Below are positions 57,276 to 64,000 of a DNA stretch of 64,000 nucleotides, piece by piece. Source of the stretch: Candidatus Multivoradales bacterium (GTDB taxonomy: Bacteria > Acidobacteriota > Thermoanaerobaculia > Multivoradales > JAHEKO01); assembly GCA_965223855.1 (NCBI GenBank), contig CBDCXM010000009.1:1312001-1376000 (forward strand), given 5' to 3'. A program made the position numbers and the translations under genes. The first letter of the stretch is position 1. Each line of letters begins with the position of its first letter. The notes beneath the pieces are model-generated. The model saw only the letters and a list, made by a program, of their open reading frames with translations. It made no database searches and had not been told where the DNA came from.

Positions 57276-58612
57276 CCCCCGAGCTCGACTGGGAGGCGCG
57301 CCTCGCGGCGCTCGAGGGGCGGGGAGTTCGCCTCGGTCTCGGAACCGTGAGGCAGGTTCTGGAGACCCTCGGCGGTCCCGAAAGGCGTCTCCCGCACGTG
57401 CTCGTGGCGGGGACCAACGGCAAGGGTTCGGCGGCTGCCGCCCTGACGGCCATCCTCGCCGCGGCCGGCTACCGGACCGGTCTCTACACCTCTCCTCATC
57501 TCGAGAGTGCGCGGGAGCGGCTGAGGATCGACGGGTTGGCGATCGACGATCGGGCGATGGAAGGCAGTCTCGAGCGGGTGCTCGCTGCAGCACGGAAGCT
57601 GAGGCTCGAGCCGCCCACCTACTTCGAGGCGCTGACCCTCGCGGCCTTCTCGGTCTTCGAGGAGGCGGCCGAGATCGCCGTCCTCGAGGTCGGTATGGGG
57701 GGGCGACTCGATGCGACCAACGCCGGCGAGCCGATGCTGTCGGTCGTCACCGAGGTCGGCCTCGACCACCAGGAGTTCCTCGGCGAGGATCTCGCGTCGA
57801 TCGCCCGAGAGAAGGCAGGCGTGCTGAGAGCGGGCCGCCCGGCGGTCGTCGCGACGACCGTGAAGCCTGCCAGGGAAGCGATCGAGATGCGCGGAGAAGC
57901 ATTGGGAGCTCGATTGCACGACGTCGCTGCCGACACGGCATGGAAGAACGTACGGATCGGCAGACGGCTCGAGGGGACCCTCGAGACGCCGACCGACCGT
58001 TACGGGCTCGAGTGTGCGCTTGTCGGAAGGCACCAGCTCCTCAACCTCGCGGCAGCCGTGAGGGCCGCGGAACTGCTCGGCGGGAACGGTTGGGGGAGCA
58101 TCGATCGTCCCGCCATCGAGCGGGGCATCCGTTCGGTGGCGTGGCCGGGACGGCTCGAGTGGGTGGAGCTGGGTCGTGATCGGCGGGCGCTTCTCGACGC
58201 CGCCCACAACCCCGCGGCGGCGCTTGCGCTGGCCGAGTACCTCGACGAGCTCTCGGACCCGCCGCCGACCCTCGTCTTCGGCGCCCTCGGAGACAAGGAC
58301 GTCGCCAATCTCCTGCCGCCGTTGGCTCGACGAGCGGTCCGCGTCGTCCTGACTCGGCCGCAGAGCTCGCGAGCGCTCGCGCCGGAGGCTCTGACGGGCT
58401 GGTGCGCGGGCCGACCGGTCGAGATTCTCGAGGCACCCGAGGAGGCGCTCGCTTCGGCGCTGGGGGCGCCGGGAACGGTGCTCGTCTGCGGCTCGATCTA
58501 CCTCGTCGGCGCCGCCCGGGCCCTGCTGCGAGATCGCTTCGGGCAGCCGCTCCCGGCCGTCGAGGTCGATGTGACCGGGCGTCGAGTCAGGGGAGCGGGA
58601 AGCCGCGACTGA
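57272..58612 (+). CDS. folC: Folylpolyglutamate synthase / dihydrofolate synthase
   Basis: [38 protein letters not shown] and GSIYLVG motifs. Confidence 0.95.
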   Translation: MTPELDWEARLAALEGRGVRLGLGTVRQVLETLGGPERRLPHVLVAGTNGKGSAAAALTAILAAAGYRTGLYTSPHLESARERLRIDGLAIDDRAMEGSLERVLAAARKLRLEPPTYFEALTLAAFSVFEEAAEIAVLEVGMGGRLDATNAGEPMLSVVTEVGLDHQEFLGEDLASIAREKAGVLRAGRPAVVATTVKPAREAIEMRGEALGARLHDVAADTAWKNVRIGRRLEGTLETPTDRYGLECALVGRHQLLNLAAAVRAAELLGGNGWGSIDRPAIERGIRSVAWPGRLEWVELGRDRRALLDAAHNPAAALALAEYLDELSDPPPTLVFGALGDKDVANLLPPLARRAVRVVLTRPQSSRALAPEALTGWCAGRPVEILEAPEEALASALGAPGTVLVCGSIYLVGAARALLRDRFGQPLPAVEVDVTGRRVRGAGSRD

Positions 58613-59882
58613 GCTCGCGGACTTCTTCGCGGACGCTCGTCAGCCTGTCCGCGTCGTCGGGTGCCTCGAGAGCGCGGGCGATCAGCTCGGCGACGCGGTC
58701 CATCTCCTCGAGGCCGAGACCACGCGTCGTGACGGCCGGTGTGCCGATGCGGACACCCGAGGCGACCATCGGAGGGTTCGGGTCGTAGGGGATGGTGTTC
58801 TTGTTGACGGTGATCCCCGCCGCCTCGAGCGCCTTCTCGGCCACCTTGCCGGTCAGCCCCGACGGGGTGACGTCGAGGAGGAAGACGTGGTTGTCGGTGC
58901 CACCGGAAACGATTCGAAACCCTTGAGCCGCCAGGGCATCCGCGAGCCGTCGGGCGTTGGCGACGATGTCGGCCTGATAGAGGCGGAATCCGTCGGTGAG
59001 GGCCTCTCCCAGAGCCACCGCCTTCGCTGCGATGACATGCATCAATGGGCCGCCCTGGATTCCGGGGAAGAGCGCCCGATCGACCGCCTTGGCGTGCTGT
59101 CCGCGGCAGAGGATGAGGCCGCCGCGCGGCCCGCGCAGCGTCTTGTGGGTCGTGGTCGTCACGTAGTCGCAGTGAGGCACCGGCGACGGGTGCTCCCCGG
59201 CGGCCACGAGGCCTGCGATGTGGGCGATATCCGCCATCAGCAGCGCGTCGACCTCGTCGGCGATCCTGCGGAAGGCGGAGAAGTCGATCTGCCGCGAGTA
59301 GGCGCTCGCTCCGCAGATGATGAGCTTGGGCCGGTTCTCGGCCGCGAGGCGCGCCACCTCGTCGTAGTCGATGCGCTCCGTCTCCCGATCGACGCCGTAG
59401 GCCACGACCTCGAAGTCGCGGCCGCTGTAAGAGAGCGGGTGGCCGTGGGTGAGATGGCCCCCGGAGGAGAGGTCCATGCCCATCAGCACGTCGCCCGGCT
59501 CGAGAGCCGAGAAGTAGACCGCCATGTTGGCCTGCGATCCGCTGTGGGGCTGGACGTTGGCGTGCTCGGCACCGAAGAGCTCCAGAGCTCGCTCGATCGC
59601 CAGGCGCTCGACCACGTCTACGTGCTCGCACCCGCCGTAGTAGCGACGCCCGGGATACCCCTCGGCGTATTTGTTCGTCAGCTCACTGCCGGTCGCCTCG
59701 CGAACGGCGGCGCTGACGAAGTTCTCGGACGCGATCAGCTCGAGACCGTCGGTCTGGCGCTGCCGCTCGGCGGCTACCGCTGCGGCGACGGCCGGGTCCT
59801 TCGCGGCCAGGTCTCCGGCTGAAGCCTCCTCGGCGGTCAGGTCTGCGGTCGGGTCTGCGGTCGAGTCTGCGGCCAGGCCCAT
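58587..59882 (-). CDS. glyA: Serine hydroxymethyltransferase
   Basis: [45 protein letters not shown] and FPGIQGGP motifs. Confidence 0.97.
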   Translation of the reverse strand: MGLAADSTADPTADLTAEEASAGDLAAKDPAVAAAVAAERQRQTDGLELIASENFVSAAVREATGSELTNKYAEGYPGRRYYGGCEHVDVVERLAIERALELFGAEHANVQPHSGSQANMAVYFSALEPGDVLMGMDLSSGGHLTHGHPLSYSGRDFEVVAYGVDRETERIDYDEVARLAAENRPKLIICGASAYSRQIDFSAFRRIADEVDALLMADIAHIAGLVAAGEHPSPVPHCDYVTTTTHKTLRGPRGGLILCRGQHAKAVDRALFPGIQGGPLMHVIAAKAVALGEALTDGFRLYQADIVANARRLADALAAQGFRIVSGGTDNHVFLLDVTPSGLTGKVAEKALEAAGITVNKNTIPYDPNPPMVASGVRIGTPAVTTRGLGLEEMDRVAELIARALEAPDDADRLTSVREEVRELSRGFPLP

Positions 59883-59885
59883 CTC

Positions 59886-60173
59886 CTACTCTTCGGAGGA
59901 GTCGGAGTCGGCGGCTACGGTGACCGCCTTCTTGGCCGTCTTCTTCGCCGCCTTCTTTGCTGCGGACTTCTTGGCGGCCGTCTTCTTCGCCGCGGCCTTC
60001 TTCTTGGCCGGGCTCTTCTTGGCCGCGCTCTTCTTCGCGGCCGCCTTCTTCGCCGTCTTCCTGGCCGGCTTGCGGGTCGTGCCCGCGGCCTTCAAGGCCT
60101 CGCGGCGCCGCTGCTTGAGCCTCTTGGCACGCCGTTGACGGCGTCGCCTCAGCTCCCGATCCTTTTCGCGCAT
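59886..60173 (-). CDS. Small Arg/Lys/Ala-rich histone-H1-like protein
   Basis: MREKDRELRRRRQRRAKRLK followed by repeated AAKK/AKK motifs. Its 3' end (GAGGAG) provides the SD for glyA. Upstream TTGACA-N17-CAAGCT. Confidence 0.72.
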   Translation of the reverse strand: MREKDRELRRRRQRRAKRLKQRRREALKAAGTTRKPARKTAKKAAAKKSAAKKSPAKKKAAAKKTAAKKSAAKKAAKKTAKKAVTVAADSDSSEE

Positions 60174-60384
60174 GGTGCTCTTGTACCCCCTGAGGTGCTC
60201 AGAATGACGTGCGAGCTTGTCCGAGAGCCGTTGGAGTGTCAAGCGAGCCGCGCGGCCTGGGACGCAGTCGTCTCCTCGATCGTGGCTCCGCCCGGAACCG
60301 TACTCCCTGTCGCGCCCGACAGACCGGAGGCCTACCGGCTCTACCTGGGGGTCGCTGTGTGGCAGCGCCCGGATCCGCAGGCCC

Positions 60385-61956
60385 TCAGATCGGCAGGTTG
60401 CCGTGCTTCCGTGCCGGGACGGAGGCGCGCTTGCCGGAGAGCTGTCTGAGCGCCCGGACGAGATGGCCGCGCGTCGCCCGAGGCTCGATGATCGCATCGA
60501 CGAATCCACGTTCCGCGGCGACGTAGGGGTTCGAGAAGCGCTCCCGGTACTCGGCGACCTTCTTCTTGCGCAGCTCGGCCACGCCGTCTCCCGCTTCCTG
60601 CAGCTCGCGCCGGTAGAGGATGTTGACCGCCCCCTCGGGCCCCATGACGGCGATCTCCGCCGTCGGGAACGCGAGATTGACGTCGGTGCGCAGGTGCTTC
60701 GACGCCATCACACAGTAGGCACCGCCGTACGCCTTGCGGGTGATGACGGTGACCTTGGGCACGGTCGCCTCCGCGTAGGCGTAGAGGAGCTTCGCGCCGT
60801 GCTTGATGATGCCGCCGAACTCCTGCTGGGTGCCGGGCAGGAAGCCGGGGACGTCCTCGAAGGTGACGAGCGGGATGTTGAAGGCGTCGCAGAAGCGGAC
60901 GAATCGGGCCCCCTTGAGCGAGGCGTCGATGTCGAGGACGCCCGCCAGGTAGGCAGGCTGGTTGGCGACGATGCCGACGCTCTGGCGCCCGAGGCGCGCG
61001 AAGCCGACGACCAGATTGCGGGCGTAGTCGGGCTGTACTTCCAGAAAATCGCCGTCGTCGACGACGGCTGCGATCAGGTTCTTGATGTCGTACGGCCGGT
61101 TGGGGTCGGCGGGGACCAGCTCGTCGAGTTCGGGCGCCTCCCGGTCCGCCGGGTCGTCGCTCGTGCCGATCGGAGGGTCGTCGAGGTTGTTGCTCGGCAG
61201 GAAGGAAAGCAGCTTGCGCGTCGCCAGCAGGCAGGCGGCGTCGTTCGGCAGGGTGAAGTGGCAGACGCCGCTCTTCGACGCGTGGGTCGAGGCGCCGCCG
61301 AGCTCCTCCTTGGTGACCTCTTCGTGCGTCACGGTCTTGATGACATCGGGCCCGGTGACGAACATGTAGCTCGTGTCCTCCACCATGAGGATGAAGTCGG
61401 TGATCGCCGGGGAGTACACGGCACCGCCGGCGCACGGCCCCATGATGGCGCTGATCTGCGGGACCACCCCCGAAGCGAGCGTGTTGCGCAGGAAGATGTC
61501 CGCGTAGCCACCGAGTGAGGCGACGCCCTCCTGGATCCTCGCTCCGCCGGAATCGTTGAGACCGATGATCGGAGCGCCGTTCTCGACGGCGAGATCCATC
61601 ACCTTGCAGATCTTCCGCGCGTTGGTCGCCGAGAGCGATCCGCCGAACACCGTGAAGTCCTGAGCGAACACGTAGACCAGCCGATCCTCGATCGTGCCGT
61701 GTCCGCAGACGACGCCGTCGCCGGGGATGGTCTTGGTGTCCATGCCGAAGTCGCGACAACGGTGGGTCACCAGGGCATCGATCTCGACGAACGATCCGGG
61801 GTCGAGCAGCAGATCGACCCGCTCGCGGGCGGTCAGCTTGCCGCTGGAATGCTGGCGCTCGATCCTCTCCTCTCCGCCTCCGAGACGTGCGGCTTCGAGT
61901 CGGCGCTGAAGCTCCTCGAGCTTCGAGTGTCGGTCGCTTCGTGTCGTTTCGCTCAT
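60385..61956 (-). CDS. pccB: Acyl-CoA (propionyl-CoA) carboxylase carboxyltransferase subunit beta
   Basis: [54 protein letters not shown] and KHGNLP motifs. Confidence 0.92.
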   Translation of the reverse strand: MSETTRSDRHSKLEELQRRLEAARLGGGEERIERQHSSGKLTARERVDLLLDPGSFVEIDALVTHRCRDFGMDTKTIPGDGVVCGHGTIEDRLVYVFAQDFTVFGGSLSATNARKICKVMDLAVENGAPIIGLNDSGGARIQEGVASLGGYADIFLRNTLASGVVPQISAIMGPCAGGAVYSPAITDFILMVEDTSYMFVTGPDVIKTVTHEEVTKEELGGASTHASKSGVCHFTLPNDAACLLATRKLLSFLPSNNLDDPPIGTSDDPADREAPELDELVPADPNRPYDIKNLIAAVVDDGDFLEVQPDYARNLVVGFARLGRQSVGIVANQPAYLAGVLDIDASLKGARFVRFCDAFNIPLVTFEDVPGFLPGTQQEFGGIIKHGAKLLYAYAEATVPKVTVITRKAYGGAYCVMASKHLRTDVNLAFPTAEIAVMGPEGAVNILYRRELQEAGDGVAELRKKKVAEYRERFSNPYVAAERGFVDAIIEPRATRGHLVRALRQLSGKRASVPARKHGNLPI

Positions 61957-62128
61957 GCGGCGTTTCTCGCGAGGGAGGTTCGGGGTGGACGCCGGAGCGC
62001 CCCCTGGAATCAGGCGTCGCAGCGGCTGGCGGTCACGGTTCGTTGAGGCGCCTGATCATATGGGACAAACTGGCGCTACGGCCGGGGCTGCGTCCGCTGC
62101 TCGCCCGGGCCATCTTGGCCCGATACCG

Positions 62129-63439
62129 ATGCAAGACCTCGACACGGGAGCGATCGCCAGAGCTCTTTCGCAGGTGGCGGATCGCGACGGCGACCACGCC
62201 GACCTGTTCCTCGAGGCGCTCGCCGAAGTGCGACTGGAGGGTGAGGAGGGGAGCCTCGCCCTCAGCCATCATCGCGAGGCCGGCATGGCGGTGCGGCTGC
62301 TGCGAGCGGGGCGGAGCTGGACCGCGAGCTCCGACGTGGTGTCGCCGGACGGGTTCGCGCAGGCGATCGCACGCGTCGCGAGGGTGCGCCCCGGCGCCGT
62401 GGCGCCACCGCCGCGGACTCTCGAGATCGACCTGCCGACGACCGAAGGCGGCGAAGTGCTCGAGCGATTCGCCGATCGGGTGGCGGACGCCATCCGGGGT
62501 CGCCACGCCGCGTTTCCACTGCGCTGGAGCCTGATCGCTCATCGGCGGGAGACACGGACTGTAGGGACGATGGTCGCCCCGGCGCCGCAGAGCGAGACGT
62601 TCTTCAGTTGCCGGGTGACGACCCGCTTCGGGCGCTGGGGTGGGCTCTTCGATCGCCTGGGCAGCGAAGCGGTGGAGTCGGTCGCCGACACGCTGACCTC
62701 GCTCTTCCGCACCCGTCGGGTCGAGGGACCTCGGAGAGGCCGGCATGCGCTGGTGCTCGGCCCGGCGGCGGTGGCCGTGCTGCTGCACGAGGCAGTCGCG
62801 CACGTCCTCGAGACCGATACCCTCGCGCTGACCGGCCGCCCGGAGGCGGCCCTCGGCGTGCGGATCGCCGCCGCGGGACTCGACGTTATCGACGACCCGG
62901 GTCGGGCGCCGGAGTCGGTGCGACGTACGGTCGATGACGAAGGGATGCCGACCACCCGACGGTTCCTGCTGCGCGATGGAGTCGTCGTGGCGCCGCTGGC
63001 CGATCTCGCGGCGACCCAACGCGGTCCCGAGCTGATGCCCGGTGCCGGACGCCGGGGGTCGCGGCATCAGGCGCCCGCTCCCCGCTCGTACCATCTCGAG
63101 TTGCTCCCGCCGGAGGACTCGGTGTCGGACCCGGTCGCTTCCTGTGTCGAAGGTCTCTACGTTCGGGAGTTCTCGCGCGGCCGACTCGATCCTCTGACCG
63201 GGGAGATCGACCTTGCTTTCCCGTACGCACGCCGCATCGAGCGCGGCAATCTGGGAGGGCTCGTCGGCAGCGGCAGCGTCACGGGGACGGTCGGGCAGTT
63301 GCTGCACCGGATCGTCTCCATCGGTCGTGACCCGGCCGTCGGAGGGGCCGGCTGGTGTGCCAAGGGGGGGCATCGCCTCGCCGTCTGGGCGCGGGCGCCG
63401 ACACTGCTTCTCGACGACGTGGAGGTCGCAGGTGGCTGA
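62129..63439 (+). CDS. tldD: TldD-family metalloprotease
   Basis: LLHEAVAHVLE (HExxxH), DDEG and GWCAKGG motifs. Confidence 0.85.
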   Translation: MQDLDTGAIARALSQVADRDGDHADLFLEALAEVRLEGEEGSLALSHHREAGMAVRLLRAGRSWTASSDVVSPDGFAQAIARVARVRPGAVAPPPRTLEIDLPTTEGGEVLERFADRVADAIRGRHAAFPLRWSLIAHRRETRTVGTMVAPAPQSETFFSCRVTTRFGRWGGLFDRLGSEAVESVADTLTSLFRTRRVEGPRRGRHALVLGPAAVAVLLHEAVAHVLETDTLALTGRPEAALGVRIAAAGLDVIDDPGRAPESVRRTVDDEGMPTTRRFLLRDGVVVAPLADLAATQRGPELMPGAGRRGSRHQAPAPRSYHLELLPPEDSVSDPVASCVEGLYVREFSRGRLDPLTGEIDLAFPYARRIERGNLGGLVGSGSVTGTVGQLLHRIVSIGRDPAVGGAGWCAKGGHRLAVWARAPTLLLDDVEVAGG

Positions 63440-64000
63440 CCGCGAACGGGCGCGGCTGCTGATGGCGCGTCTCCTCGACTCGGCGACGCTGGCAGAGGTG
63501 TTCGTCAAGGAGGGCCGGACGCGACGCGTCGAGTACGGACCGGAAGGTGCGTCCTCCAGCGTGGCTTCGGAGCTGGGTTGGGCGGTGCGGGCAGGGGGCG
63601 ACTCCGGGACCGGCTTCGCGACCGGCACCGGGCTCCCCCCGCCGCGACTCGAGCTGTCGGTCGCGACCGGGGAGAGACTGACGCTGCCCTCGCCGGACCG
63701 GCAGCCTGGCCGGAGCGAGGAGGACTCGGAGGTGCCGCTGATCGTCGAGGGGGAGGCGGTCTCGCTCCTCGAGGCGGTGGAGAGCGAACTCACCGGCCAG
63801 TTGCCGGGAGCGCGGCTCCTCAAGGGGGTGCTCGAAGACGGCATGAGTGCGAGCGTCCTCGTCAACTCGAGAGGGATCGACATCGGCTACCGGTCCCGAG
63901 CCTGCTGGCTGATGCTCGAAGTCGCCGAGGCTTCCCGCGGGATGGCGCGTACGGTCGTCGAAGTCGGCGAACGGGATGCAGGCCGCCTGCAGCCTCGCGC
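63432..64000 (+). CDS. pmbA: PmbA/TldE-family partner, 3'-truncated by the window edge
   Basis: GTG at 63432 overlaps the tldD end. My translation ...AEVFVKEG...ELGWAVRA...GFAT fits the TldD/PmbA N-terminal domain. Confidence 0.7.
   Translation, partial: MADRERARLLMARLLDSATLAEVFVKEGRTRRVEYGPEGASSSVASELGWAVRAGGDSGTGFATGTGLPPPRLELSVATGERLTLPSPDRQPGRSEEDSEVPLIVEGEAVSLLEAVESELTGQLPGARLLKGVLEDGMSASVLVNSRGIDIGYRSRACWLMLEVAEASRGMARTVVEVGERDAGRLQPR

Noticed and set aside
58587-58612. Convergent 26-nt overlap of the folC and glyA 3' ends
   Set aside because: Short tail-to-tail overlaps are common in GC-rich genomes.
59830-59878. 12-bp tandem repeat (TCTGCGGTCGRG) at the glyA 5' end
   Set aside because: Encodes a short low-complexity N-terminal extension ([12 protein letters not shown]); no evidence of any function beyond that.

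Overview
High-GC bacterial chromosomal segment of about 57 CDS, mostly housekeeping and cell-envelope genes of a diderm organism. The gene repertoire and order suggest Acidobacteriota, possibly Thermoanaerobaculia-like (inference only). No rRNA, tRNA, CRISPR array or transposase is visible. Gene content, left to right: a GTDC1/DUF3524-like glycosyltransferase; ada-alkA/ogt; a molybdopterin oxidoreductase; ubiX; an OPT transporter; NYN-mglB-mglA-TPR-yvcK-glmU-glmS; alkD; pcrA; an envelope-lipid block (sulfatase-like, PAP2/IPC-synthase-like, GT2, GT87); truA-uppS-cdsA-dxr-rseP-redoxin-PASTA-rpe-bamD-cpoB-LysM-Fis-Slt; tatA; amgK-like; pgeF; ftsEX; a minus-strand yebC-ruvC-exbB-exbD-exbD-tonB-DUF4388-TPR-Omp85-like-ompA run; a pseudo-receiver/pseudokinase; accD-folC; glyA; a histone-like protein; pccB; tldD-pmbA. 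Best candidates for something new: (1) a receptor-less TonB/ExbBDD motor linked to a DUF4388/PATAN protein, TPR, a POTRA-less Omp85-like barrel and OmpA, in a window that also carries Myxococcus-type MglAB and a pseudo-receiver-pseudokinase, which could be a polarity or envelope machine; (2) an inverted pair of ~183-bp elements at 17042-17537 with a conserved core and long stems that differ in sequence but keep their pairing; (3) leaderless-type TANNNT-N6/7-start architecture at 10 genes; (4) a bacterial homolog of tRNA-queuosine mannosyltransferase; (5) a Cys-free peroxiredoxin-fold protein. Two +1 frameshifts (glmS and the redoxin) are most likely sequencing errors.
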